DNA of 64,000 bases from Anaerotignum faecicola (lineage in GTDB: Bacteria; Bacillota; Clostridia; Lachnospirales; Anaerotignaceae), in the NCBI GenBank assembly GCA_024460105.1, contig JANFXS010000001.1, positions 151,895-215,894 of the forward strand. Reading direction: 5' to 3'. Made by a program: the position numbers and the translations under genes. This document shows positions 30,230 to 40,015 of this stretch, piece by piece; the stretch's first letter is position 1; each line of letters starts with the position of its first letter. The notes below the pieces were generated by a model. The model ran no database searches. It was given only the letters and a program-made list of their open reading frames with translations, and was not told the origin of the DNA.

Positions 30230-31453
30230 TTATTCCACGGCTTTAAAATTATAGAGCGGCTTTATTTCTTTTATTATCTTTGCCGTAGGGAAAATATTTT
30301 TAACTATATCGTTTTTATCTTTATACGCCATAGGGCACTCGTCAAGCGTAAGGCTATTAACCGACGTAGTGAAAATACCTTTCATTTCATTTTTAAACTC
30401 CTCAACGGTAAACGTTTCGTTTGCTTTAGAACGGCTGTAAAGCCTCCCCGCCCCGTGCGGAGCGGAAAAATTCCATTCGGGATTTCCTTTTCCGACACAA
30501 ATAAGGCTTCCGTCGCGCATGTTAATCGGTATCAGCATTTTTTCGCCGCTCAATGCCGAAACAGCTCCTTTTCTTATGATATTGCTGTTGTGATCCACAT
30601 AATTATGGACTGTTTCAAAGCTTTCAAAATCATCAGGAGATTTATCAAACATATTTTTCAATATAAGCTCCGCTATTACAGAACGGTTAAGCGCGGCGTA
30701 GTCCTGGCATATTTCCATATCCTCAAGGTACATCCTTCGGCAATCTCCCGTAAGATAGCAAAGCTCCTTGGGGACGTCAATCTCTTTTTCTTTCCAATCT
30801 TTCATAAGTTCTTTAATTTTACCTTGTATCTCTTTTCTTCTTCCTGCTGCTTTATATTCGGCTATAATCCTATCTTTTTCCTCAAAAAACTTATCCTTTC
30901 CCTTCATAATATCATATGCAAGGCTCTGATAATACTCCGCAACCTGCTTTCCCAAGTTCCTGCTGCCCGTATGGATAACAAGGTATTTATTGCCGTTTTC
31001 ATCACAGTCTATCTCTATAAAATGGTTTCCCCCGCCTAAAGTTCCGATACTTCTTTCAATCCTTTTTGTATTTTTCAACATTCTATAACAATTCAAATCC
31101 ATTAAGCGCCCATATCTTACAATTCGCCCTTCATGGGTATTCTTACCGCTGGGAACAAATTTTCTTATAACGTCGTCAAGCTTTTCAAAATCTATTTCCA
31201 TATCCCCAAGCTCTACCGTAAGCATGCCGCATCCTATATCGATGCCAACTATGTTTGGTATAACTTTATCGCCGAGATCCGCCGTAAATCCTATAACGCA
31301 CCCCGCGCCTGCATGCACGTCCGGCATAATCCTTATGCGGCTTCCCTCGGCAAAACTTTGATTACAAAGCTTTTGTATCTGTTCCAATGCATTCTCCTCA
31401 ATTTCATCGGCATATGCCACAGCCATGTTATACCTTCCAACTATCTCTTTCAT
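30230..31453 (-). CDS. rtcB: RtcB-family RNA 3'-phosphate ligase
   Basis: 407 aa. GIDIGCGM metal site, SAPHGAGR (catalytic His/GMP site) and HNYVDH. Its start directly abuts the SPFH gene stop. Confidence 0.9.
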   Translation of the reverse strand: MKEIVGRYNMAVAYADEIEENALEQIQKLCNQSFAEGSRIRIMPDVHAGAGCVIGFTADLGDKVIPNIVGIDIGCGMLTVELGDMEIDFEKLDDVIRKFVPSGKNTHEGRIVRYGRLMDLNCYRMLKNTKRIERSIGTLGGGNHFIEIDCDENGNKYLVIHTGSRNLGKQVAEYYQSLAYDIMKGKDKFFEEKDRIIAEYKAAGRRKEIQGKIKELMKDWKEKEIDVPKELCYLTGDCRRMYLEDMEICQDYAALNRSVIAELILKNMFDKSPDDFESFETVHNYVDHNSNIIRKGAVSALSGEKMLIPINMRDGSLICVGKGNPEWNFSAPHGAGRLYSRSKANETFTVEEFKNEMKGIFTTSVNSLTLDECPMAYKDKNDIVKNIFPTAKIIKEIKPLYNFKAVE

Positions 31454-32548
31454 TTACATTCCCTCCCTGAACGCCGCCGAAAGCTGCGCCAACAAATCAT
31501 TATTCCCATTTAAATTAATGTTTCCCACATGCGAACATATCTTCTCAATATATTCCAGTTCCTTCAGCTTATAAAGGGTTTTATTTTCATCCATAAGCCT
31601 TGCCGTATTAAGAAGCGAACGTGTGGACGCTACTTCTTCCCTGCGGGTTATAACGTTTGCCTGAGCCCTTTTTTCGGCTATAAGCACAGTATTCATAATA
31701 TCGCGTATCTCTCCCGGGAGTATTATATCCTTGACCCCCGCATCCTTTACGCTGATATAATAATCATTCTCCTTTTCTTTCAGCTTTTCAAGCACATACT
31801 TAGATATTATGTCTTTATTTTCCAGTATCTCGTCAATTTTATGCCCGCCCGACACTTCCCTTAAAGCGAGCTGTACCATTACATGTATATGATTTTCGTA
31901 ATTGTCTACGGAAGCTTGTTTTATAAAATCGGTAATACTATAGCTTAAAACAAAATTAACCCTTATGGTTACTTTATCCTGTGTAAGAACCTCCTGTCCG
32001 TTTATATTCATTTGTATAAGCCTTGTATCCGCAAACTCTGTCCTGATCCTGTCGTTAAGTTTCCAAAAATAATATGTTCCCGCTTCAAGAAGCCTCTCAA
32101 ATTTATTGTCAATATATAGCCTTGCTTTTTGATATGGAGCAACGTCTGATTTTATATAAAGCTCTTTCGGAAGCTTTGAAAAAATATATTCAGGTATCTC
32201 TTCGGCCGTTTCCGGAATTGACATATCGTATACTTTAAATTCATGTTTATGAAGCAAATTCCAAAAAGCATGTTTGCCGCACAAAAGAAAGCCTGCATAT
32301 TTGCCGTCGATATAGTGGAGCGCTATTTCCTGATCCTTTACATCAATAACGTCTGCCTCCTCCGATATTATTTCGTCCTTTAAAAGTGTTTCCAATGAAC
32401 ATAATTCCGAAAAAATCGGGCCGTTTATATCCACGGTTTCTATCCTGCGTCCAAAAAACGCATAATATTTACCGTCTTTAAGCGCCTTCACAAAGCTTCC
32501 GTTTTTAAAAAGCAATCCTCTTTCTTCATTACTAATTGTTGTCATCAT
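31454..32548 (-). CDS. SPFH/band-7 (stomatin/slipin-like) domain protein
   Basis: 364 aa. The central region VNFVLSYSITD...QLALREV...LIAEKRAQANVITRREEVASTR matches the SPFH core plus its coiled-coil tail. No N-terminal TM is apparent. Confidence 0.55.
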   Translation of the reverse strand: MMTTISNEERGLLFKNGSFVKALKDGKYYAFFGRRIETVDINGPIFSELCSLETLLKDEIISEEADVIDVKDQEIALHYIDGKYAGFLLCGKHAFWNLLHKHEFKVYDMSIPETAEEIPEYIFSKLPKELYIKSDVAPYQKARLYIDNKFERLLEAGTYYFWKLNDRIRTEFADTRLIQMNINGQEVLTQDKVTIRVNFVLSYSITDFIKQASVDNYENHIHVMVQLALREVSGGHKIDEILENKDIISKYVLEKLKEKENDYYISVKDAGVKDIILPGEIRDIMNTVLIAEKRAQANVITRREEVASTRSLLNTARLMDENKTLYKLKELEYIEKICSHVGNINLNGNNDLLAQLSAAFREGM

Positions 32549-33324
32549 ATATAAACCCCCCTAAGGATTATTTCCGCCGCTCCGCCATACATATACGGCG
32601 GCTTATAAATTCAGGCGCCGTATGCCAAAGCGGGATATCAATCTGGCTTCGGCATATAAGCGACGGTATCCTTTATAAGGCATGGCCGTATATGTATTTT
32701 CCCAAAAGTTATGGCGGTAACACTTTAACAATTTAATACTTGAGCTTTACAGATAACCTAATCCGTATTAAGTCTCCAAAGTCGGAATACATTACGGCAC
32801 AGCCTCATGCACCGCGGTATGTCGCGCACGGAATATAACCCGTATCATCGCCGTCCGCATATTACGCCCAATCGGAGTAAAGCGTCTCCGCCGGGCGCCG
32901 CATCCGGCAGCAGTACGCCAAATACCGGCTACTGACTTTGTATTTAAAGTATAATACTGGAAATAATATTAATCACGGAAAAAAAGTTGCGAAATCAAAT
33001 ACCATGTCGGCCTGCCAAGCTTGCCCAAATTGGGAACAGACAAATCCTGCTTATTGACATAACGTATCTGCTTTAAAAAACTGCCGGAAAATAAAACCTA
33101 AAAAAGATATATCTGCAAACGCCTGTATACATAATATTGCCCGTTTTGCAGAACTTTGCAGTATCCCGCCGTTCAATATACAGCTTATTGCGGACTTGCT
33201 TAAACATACGGCAGTTTTTAAAACAGTATACCTGACGCTGTAAACTGAAAGGCATATAAAAATTGTCGGGCAAATACTTCCCGACAGTAAAAACAATTCT
33301 ATAAATTCGTTAAATATTACATTA

Positions 33325-33361
33325 AAAACGGCGTTTTCAAAATCCGAAAACGCCGTTTTTA
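33325..33361 (-). terminator. Bidirectional rho-independent terminator after the second WYL gene
   Basis: AAAACGGCGTTTTC-ggatttt-GAAAACGCCGTTTTT. A perfect palindrome with flanking T/A runs, immediately after the stop at 33362. Confidence 0.7.
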
Positions 33362-34273
33362 TTATTTTATATTGCATTTCTTCTGCATGACAAGCCGCTC
33401 TTTAATTAGATTTACAAATCCCTCCGGTTCGACCGCTTTCACCTGAGGACCAAACGACAAAACCCGTATTACAAGTTCTGTTTCATCTTCTTTTCTGTAA
33501 AACACTTTCATCTTAAAGCGTCCTTCTCCGACTTTTTCCGCCTCTTTTTGAAAATGAGCAAAATGCATCATTACCCTTTCCAACGCATTCCTTTTATCTT
33601 CAATTTCAATCACAAAGCTTTTCTTTTCAACCGCGTTTTTTATATCATATGTTTTTTTAAACGCGTCAGCCATACTGCATGAAATAATCTTTCCCAGGTT
33701 AAGAACCGAAACTTCGCGTCTGCCCGCCGTATAAAGCCTGAATTTATCGTCTTTTGCCGAATACTCAAGCTTGACCGGGACAATACATGTATTTATAACC
33801 CTTCCGTTTTTTCCGCTGTAAGATATATAAAGCCTTCTTTTTTCGTTCAGCCCTCTAAGTATTATCCTGAAATTTTTGATATATGTTTCATCCTGAAAAT
33901 TATCTCCGTCATTATAACGGTCAAACACAAAATAATCGTCCGTAAGAAACAGAGGCTCGATATCTTCCAATCCTTCCGTTCCAACGCCGAAAAGTTTAAA
34001 CCTCGGATCTAAACTTACGGCCTTTAGCCAACGTTTTTGTATTTCCGTAAGCGGCATCGACGGCGTATGCTTTATCGGGGTTGTCATATCCCTGCATATA
34101 AGCTGCCACTCCTGTTCTTTTATTGACGGTATAATATTAAGCGCGCTTTCTTCAAAGGCATATTTATTTATAATCTCACTCATACGGCTTTCCGTAAGGC
34201 CGCCTTCCTGCGCGCATTTAATTATGTCAGCCACTGCGTTATAATACGAACCGTATATTTCATGAAAAATCAT
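33362..34273 (-). CDS. wHTH-WYL-WCX transcriptional regulator (BrxR/CapW/PafC-like)
   Basis: 303 aa. N-terminal helix-turn-helix; central WYL-like segment (RLYISYSGKNGRVINTCIVPVKLEYSAKDDKFRLYTAG); C-terminal WCX-like beta-rich tail (LVIRVLSFGPQVKAVEPEGFVNLIKERL). Confidence 0.65.
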   Translation of the reverse strand: MIFHEIYGSYYNAVADIIKCAQEGGLTESRMSEIINKYAFEESALNIIPSIKEQEWQLICRDMTTPIKHTPSMPLTEIQKRWLKAVSLDPRFKLFGVGTEGLEDIEPLFLTDDYFVFDRYNDGDNFQDETYIKNFRIILRGLNEKRRLYISYSGKNGRVINTCIVPVKLEYSAKDDKFRLYTAGRREVSVLNLGKIISCSMADAFKKTYDIKNAVEKKSFVIEIEDKRNALERVMMHFAHFQKEAEKVGEGRFKMKVFYRKEDETELVIRVLSFGPQVKAVEPEGFVNLIKERLVMQKKCNIK

Positions 34274-34285
34274 GCCGCAACCACC

Positions 34286-35506
34286 TCAATAAACGCCGTA
34301 CATATCATACATTTCTTCCAGATCGTTTTTGAACGTGTTCTCAACCGTTCTGTTTGAAAAATCAAGCTGCGTAATCCTGCCGATAAAAGTCCTTATCCAT
34401 GGTATCATTTCCGAAGTGTCAAAAACGTCTGCATAAAACCTGTACTTGTTTTCGCCAAGAAACTCAACTTCGCCGCATCGTTTTTCGCGTTCCAGCCTGT
34501 TTAGTATATATTCCTCGCCGTCGTTTATTTTTATTGTAAATTCCACATGCTCAAGACCGTTTTTGCCGTTACAGCATATTCCCCATATATTGTCTTTTAT
34601 ACTGTTTAATCTTTCAGTCAGCTGTTCGTAGTTTTCACATTCTTTGCCGATCTCAACTTCATTTATAAAGTCTGTCCTGTAAGAATTTATAACTTTGTAA
34701 TGCTTATCACAGCCAATTAAATACTGCCTTCCCGTTTGCGAGCTTACATAAATTTTAAGCGGAGTTACGTTTATATTGTTTTTATTGCTTTCGCCTTTTT
34801 TTATGGTTACGTCGCGTCTTTGCCTTATAGCGTTAAAAAGAACGAAAACAATTCCGCTGTCAAGGGCATATGTAATATAGTGGTGTTTAAACGTAAAATT
34901 GCCGTTAAGCTTTCCCATTTTGTCGAGTATAAAGCTTCCTATCACTCCGCACTGCGAAGCTTCCGAAAAAAACGACACCGCATCTTTAAAACCTGATATG
35001 TCAAAACTTCCGCGCCGCCTGTATAAAACATTCCTGCCTCTTTTTTCAGATTCCGTAAGTCCAAGGATACAATACTCCTTCAGTTTTTTTCTTACCCCCG
35101 ACTCGTCAAAAGCCATCGGCTTATCAAAAACAGAAAGATATTCGGCATTAATCTTTTCCATTATTTCTTTCATTGTAAAACATTCATCGGGCTTGTAAAG
35201 TATATCCATTATTATAAAATGCAGAGTTATATCCCCGCTTGTGAAGCTTTTGGCTTTAAAAGCTTTATAAAGCGGGTTTCCCGATATAATCCCTGTGTCA
35301 ATGGATATAAAAACATTTTTTCCGGCCGCCGTCCTGTTAAACCCCATATATCCGCAAAGGTAGCTTTCAATACGCCGGCGCTCATTATCGTACGAACGCA
35401 GGCTTTTCCCGCTGAAATCCTCACGGCTTTTAAATCCGTATACATAAAAATCCCGCATATAGCCGCGTATTTTAGAAAAGTTTTTTATAAGTTCGCTATA
35501 TGCCAT
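34286..35506 (-). CDS. Second WYL-domain regulator (longer wHTH-WYL-WCX paralog), tandem with 33362-34273
   Basis: 406 aa. N-terminal HTH-like region; WYL-like core (...TGRQYLIGCDKHYKVINSYRTDFINEVEI); WCX-like C-terminus (EMIPWIRTFIGRITQLDF). Confidence 0.55.
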   Translation of the reverse strand: MAYSELIKNFSKIRGYMRDFYVYGFKSREDFSGKSLRSYDNERRRIESYLCGYMGFNRTAAGKNVFISIDTGIISGNPLYKAFKAKSFTSGDITLHFIIMDILYKPDECFTMKEIMEKINAEYLSVFDKPMAFDESGVRKKLKEYCILGLTESEKRGRNVLYRRRGSFDISGFKDAVSFFSEASQCGVIGSFILDKMGKLNGNFTFKHHYITYALDSGIVFVLFNAIRQRRDVTIKKGESNKNNINVTPLKIYVSSQTGRQYLIGCDKHYKVINSYRTDFINEVEIGKECENYEQLTERLNSIKDNIWGICCNGKNGLEHVEFTIKINDGEEYILNRLEREKRCGEVEFLGENKYRFYADVFDTSEMIPWIRTFIGRITQLDFSNRTVENTFKNDLEEMYDMYGVY

Positions 35507-35539
35507 GTCAAAATCCCGTCCTTAAAATATAATTGAAAA

Positions 35540-37102
35540 TTACTCCGCTTTCGCAAATTTCCCTTCAAAGAGTATTTCGCCTGTTTCCTTATCCCTTAAA
35601 AAATAATAAAACGGCCTGTCGGCTATAAATTTTTTCTGCTCGGGAATACTTCGTACAAGCGAAACAGAAGAAACAGAAGCCGCTCTTGTACCTTTCTCAT
35701 CAACGCTTATAGCTGTATTTTGAATTATATCAGAAACATAATAATTATACCCTTCCTTCAGCATCGGGCTTAACTCGGCTTCACCTGGTTCAAATATATT
35801 TGAAACTCCCATATTTTTAAGCATTTCCTTTATATTTATATTGTTGTCTATTTCAAATTCCGGCATTTGGATATATACGTTTTCTTTTTTGCTTCCGTTG
35901 AATATTCTTTCAAGCATGCCGTTGTCAACAGGCTTATCGGATAAAACAAATGTCATGTCGTACGGCGTATAAAGTTCTGCCATATCGCCGGTAATAATAT
36001 CCATGTTTCTAGCCGTACCGTATGCAAGCGTTAATGCCTTCATCCCTTCTTCTTCATAATATTGGAACAAATCTTCATCTCCGAGAGGCTTATCCATAAC
36101 CATATAGTCTATGTCAATTTCCGTACCATCCGCATTATGGAATATGCCTTTTTTATTGTCGCCGTCAAATGGACAAATCCATGTCCCCTCAAATAAGGCT
36201 GCGTTCAAAAGTACAATTTCAAATTCGGCGTCTTTTACAGGAGATTTAACATAACCGTCTGTTTTTTCCTCGACCCATTCATTAATAGGGCTTATATCGC
36301 TATTTTCAATTATTTCTGCCGTACTTTTATAATAATTTTCGGCTGTATCTTTAAATTCCTTTTGCAGCTCGTTTTCAGCCCCATTTATCCATATTGAATT
36401 AGCGCTTGTATAAACAGCCGTCGTAAAAGGCGAATTTTCCCAAAGTTCCAAATTTTTGGCTGAACGTCTATTATAGCTTTCAAGCTCCGATATATTTAAA
36501 GCATTTAAAATCTGTTCCCGCGTTTTGCCTTCTGTGCCGTTTGCCGTCATCGCAAGAGCTGTTTTAAGGCTTTCAACGGCTATTACGCTGTTCTCTGTTT
36601 CAGGAAGTTCATTTAAAAGCGATACGGCGAAAGTATAATCGTTCTCTCTCCGGTTTTTATTGCTTTCGTCACGCCATGTTATTAAAACATTTCCTTCATC
36701 CACAGACAGGCCTGTTTCATAGAAAATCCTGTAAAGAAGATCTGAAGGTATGTACATAACACCATCCGAAACTTCGATTTTGTTTTTTAATTTTATTTCA
36801 ATATTTATTTCACCATAATATAGAGTGTCTTCCGACAAACTTACCGTGTTGCTTTGCGGTCCCCGATCTATTATTGCATACGGGTGCGAATATGCAACTG
36901 TATATCCCAATTTTTCGCAAAGTTCCCTCAGAGGAAGGTATACAACGCCGTTTTTCTCATAAGGTTCATTCAAAAATTCTTCCTGTTCCATGCTGTTGAT
37001 ATAAACATTTAAATTTTTTTCACTTGCGTTTTTTGCATAAGCGAATGAAGGAAACGTCATCGAAATTACGACTGCGGCAAATATCAGCTTTTTAAAAAAC
37101 AT
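35540..37102 (-). CDS. Secreted serpin (serine protease inhibitor) with an N-terminal copper-amine-oxidase-N-like stalk domain
   Basis: Signal peptide MFFKKLIFAAVVISMTFPSFAYA after an AGGAGG RBS; the start is probably at 37102, not 37144. C-terminus has the serpin hinge and reactive-centre loop (EKGTRAASVSS) and the FIADRPFYYFLRDKETGEILFEGK signature. Confidence 0.8.
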   Translation of the reverse strand: MFFKKLIFAAVVISMTFPSFAYAKNASEKNLNVYINSMEQEEFLNEPYEKNGVVYLPLRELCEKLGYTVAYSHPYAIIDRGPQSNTVSLSEDTLYYGEINIEIKLKNKIEVSDGVMYIPSDLLYRIFYETGLSVDEGNVLITWRDESNKNRRENDYTFAVSLLNELPETENSVIAVESLKTALAMTANGTEGKTREQILNALNISELESYNRRSAKNLELWENSPFTTAVYTSANSIWINGAENELQKEFKDTAENYYKSTAEIIENSDISPINEWVEEKTDGYVKSPVKDAEFEIVLLNAALFEGTWICPFDGDNKKGIFHNADGTEIDIDYMVMDKPLGDEDLFQYYEEEGMKALTLAYGTARNMDIITGDMAELYTPYDMTFVLSDKPVDNGMLERIFNGSKKENVYIQMPEFEIDNNINIKEMLKNMGVSNIFEPGEAELSPMLKEGYNYYVSDIIQNTAISVDEKGTRAASVSSVSLVRSIPEQKKFIADRPFYYFLRDKETGEILFEGKFAKAE

Positions 37103-37256
37103 ATATACTCCTCCTTTGACAATATTGAAATTTATATATTTCAATATTACTATATGGCAATAATTTTGTCAATTTTCCCCATTTCATATCTTTGACGATG
37201 AAATTCAATTATGATAAAATATCAGAAATAAACAGGAAAAACGGAGGCATTTTTAC

Positions 37257-39122
37257 ATGCGCAAACACGAAAACAATCAAAAATATAAACCAAAAACCGA
37301 AACCTGCGACATAAAATTTGAAAAATTTGCCGCCTTATTTCCGTCCGCAGTTACGCAAACAGTTATAAACGGCCGAGTAGTCCGGGCTGTTGACAAGGAT
37401 ATATTATCCGCCGAAATTAACGCCGAAATTGTCGGCGGAACAGACGAGGAATATGTATTTTCATGGCCCGGCAAAAGGCATGCCGCTCTTGATACATTCT
37501 CTAAAGCATCCGCGTCCCTTGTGCCATGCAGAAGTGAAAGCGTATTTTTTGATGAAACCGAAAATATATATATCGAAGGCGATAATCTGACCGCTTTAAA
37601 ACTGCTCCAAAAATCTTATAAAAGCAGCATAAAAATGATATATATCGATCCTCCATATAATACGGGCAATGATTTTGTATATAACGATCGATATGCGCAG
37701 AGCGTTTCCGAATTTTCCGCAAAAAGCGGGAAAAGCAAATTTTGCGGCGGCCGCCTTCACACAAACTGGCTTAATATGATGTATCCCCGCCTTTCGGCGG
37801 CCCGAAACCTGTTATGCGATGAAGGAGTTATCATAATAAGCATTGATGACAATGAGCTTGCAAATACAGAAAAAATATGCGACGAAATATTCGGAAGCCA
37901 CAATCATTTAGGCACTTTTATCGTTAATTCAACCCCAAACGCCCGCGATTACGGCCATATAGGGAAAATGCATGAATTCGCCCTCTTTTATGCAAAAGAC
38001 TGCAAAAAGGCAAAAACTTTCAGCATCCCCGACGCCGAAAAAAAATTCAAATACAGCGATGAAAACGGCGGCTTCAACATACACCCTCTTTACAACAGCA
38101 ACGAAGCCTTTACAAAGTATAACCGACCGAACCTTTACTACCCATTTTATCTGTATCCTGACAGGCCCTACGGCAAAAACTTTTTTGAAATCGGCTTTGA
38201 AAAAACCGCAAACTCCATTGAAATATATCCTCCGAAATCCGTAAAAAATTCGGTGCAGTTTGTATGGCGTTGGGGAAAAGAGAAATCCATGAAATACATG
38301 AATAAAGAAATAACCGGCTATATGACAAGCTCCGGAGAATACAGGATTGTACAGAAAATGCGCCGGAAAGATAAAATTATACGTTCTATGCTTACCGATA
38401 CGAAATATTCAAACAGACGCGGAACACAGGAATTTGAAAAGCTGTTTAAAAACAAATGTTTTTCTTTTCCGAAGCCTCTCGGCCTAATAAGCGATTTTTT
38501 AACGGCCGGAACGGATAAAGAAAGCATTGTGCTTGATTTTTTTGCCGGCTCGTCTACAACGGCGCAGGCTGTTATGGAGCTCAACGCCGCAGACGGCGGA
38601 CACCGAAAATTTATCATGATACAACGCCCCGAAAAAACGGCCAAAGACAGCATCGCTTACAAATCCGGATTTAAAAATATATGTGAAATAGGCAAAGAGC
38701 GCATACGCCTTGCAGGGGAAAACATGCGCGAAAGCTGTTCCATGCAAACCGCCGCAGACACAGGGTTTCGTGTTTTTAAACTTCGCGAACCTACCGCGAA
38801 TGTCAAAAGCTGTATTTTGGCTGATAACGCAAACAACTATGACTATGCTGTATTCAACTTAATGGCCGAATCAGGCGTAAAACTTTCATGCAAAGTCATA
38901 GAAAAAACAATATGTTCAAACAGAATATACGAGACTTCCGAAGGCGCCTTAACAGCTTGTTTTGAGGAGTTTATATCCGATGAAGCCGCAAAATACATGG
39001 CCTCTGAAAAACCCGAATACTTTATCGTTTCCTCGCCGCCGTCCGAAAATATAAAACGGATTTTTGAGAATGTCAGCCCTGAAACAAAAATCAAAAACAT
39101 CGGAAAATCCAATAATATTTAA
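37257..39122 (+). CDS. N6-adenine (beta-class) DNA methyltransferase, Type III Mod-like, with no adjacent Res gene (orphan)
   Basis: 621 aa. Motif IV IYIDPPYNTGNDFVYND precedes motif I DFFAGSSTTAQAV, the Mod-type order. GGAGG RBS. No restriction-subunit gene on either side. Confidence 0.8.
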   Translation: MRKHENNQKYKPKTETCDIKFEKFAALFPSAVTQTVINGRVVRAVDKDILSAEINAEIVGGTDEEYVFSWPGKRHAALDTFSKASASLVPCRSESVFFDETENIYIEGDNLTALKLLQKSYKSSIKMIYIDPPYNTGNDFVYNDRYAQSVSEFSAKSGKSKFCGGRLHTNWLNMMYPRLSAARNLLCDEGVIIISIDDNELANTEKICDEIFGSHNHLGTFIVNSTPNARDYGHIGKMHEFALFYAKDCKKAKTFSIPDAEKKFKYSDENGGFNIHPLYNSNEAFTKYNRPNLYYPFYLYPDRPYGKNFFEIGFEKTANSIEIYPPKSVKNSVQFVWRWGKEKSMKYMNKEITGYMTSSGEYRIVQKMRRKDKIIRSMLTDTKYSNRRGTQEFEKLFKNKCFSFPKPLGLISDFLTAGTDKESIVLDFFAGSSTTAQAVMELNAADGGHRKFIMIQRPEKTAKDSIAYKSGFKNICEIGKERIRLAGENMRESCSMQTAADTGFRVFKLREPTANVKSCILADNANNYDYAVFNLMAESGVKLSCKVIEKTICSNRIYETSEGALTACFEEFISDEAAKYMASEKPEYFIVSSPPSENIKRIFENVSPETKIKNIGKSNNI

Positions 39123-39387
39123 TACATGAAAAATTTTTACCTCTGCCGTCCCAACAAAAATCCTCATAATAATCCCGGAAGGGAATATATATCTTTTACT
39201 GCTTATTTAATTGTAAAGCATAGCTGTATAATTCGGAACGGAATATTATCATTTACTTTCAAAACAATAAAATCCGTCGGAAAGCAACTTTGAATAAAAT
39301 AAAATCGTACGGGTTATATCAAATATATAAATGACAGCCGTTTATGAAATTTCAACTCTTTTTGCGATTTATATTTACAAACATAAA

Positions 39388-39422
39388 AAGACAGGTCCCT
39401 TATAAAAGGACCTGTCTTTTTA
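39388..39422. terminator. Bidirectional terminator between the MTase and tRNA-Leu
   Basis: AAAAAGACAGGTCCC-ttataaaa-GGACCTGTCTTTTTAT. Confidence 0.65.
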
Positions 39423-39502
39423 TGCGGATAACAGGAATCGAACCTGCACCCTCTCGGACTGGATTCTAAGTCCAGCGCGTCTGCCAGTTCCGCCATATCC
39501 GC
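39423..39502 (-). tRNA. tRNA-Leu (anticodon TAG)
   Basis: Minus-strand cloverleaf: GCGGATA acceptor, anticodon loop CTTAGAA, long variable arm, GGTTCGATTCC T-arm, 80 nt. Confidence 0.8.
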
Positions 39503-39781
39503 ATGAAGCAAAATTTCTCATCATATGCATGCCGCAAAGACCTTGCGCCTAATATACATCCTATCTTCCATGCCGCAATGCGATATACCAAAATATTATA
39601 CATTATAATAATAAAAAGTCAATATATATGCTCCAAAAATCCATTAATCCGTGAAGCAAACATTCCGAATATATAAAAGCTCCGTTTCTGTTAAACCAAA
39701 ACGACATACGCTTTACATAATAAGAAAACAAAAACGCCGTAAAATCAAAAAAGCCTTCTGGCTTATGCAGAAGGTAATAAA

Positions 39782-39855
<74 letters not shown>

Positions 39856-39881
39856 GAAACGTCATTTTTGAGATTGAAAAA

Positions 39882-39952
39882 AGCGGGTGATGAGAATCGA
39901 ACTCACGTGTTCAGCTTGGAAGGCTGACGTTCTACCATTGAACTACACCCGC
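39882..39952 (-). tRNA. tRNA-Gly (anticodon TCC)
   Basis: GCGGGTG acceptor, anticodon stem-loop TCAGC-CTTCCAA-GCTGA, T-loop TTCGATT, discriminator U, 71 nt. Confidence 0.8.
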
Positions 39953-40015
39953 ATATCAACAATAGCTATTCTACAACATAGAATATAAATTGTCAATAAC
40001 TTTTTTCAAAATTTT

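Noticed and set aside
37257-37400. Phase-variable simple-sequence repeats in the Mod-like methyltransferase gene
   Set aside because: I looked for homopolymer or short tandem repeat tracts near the 5' end and within the gene and saw none long enough for slipped-strand phase variation.
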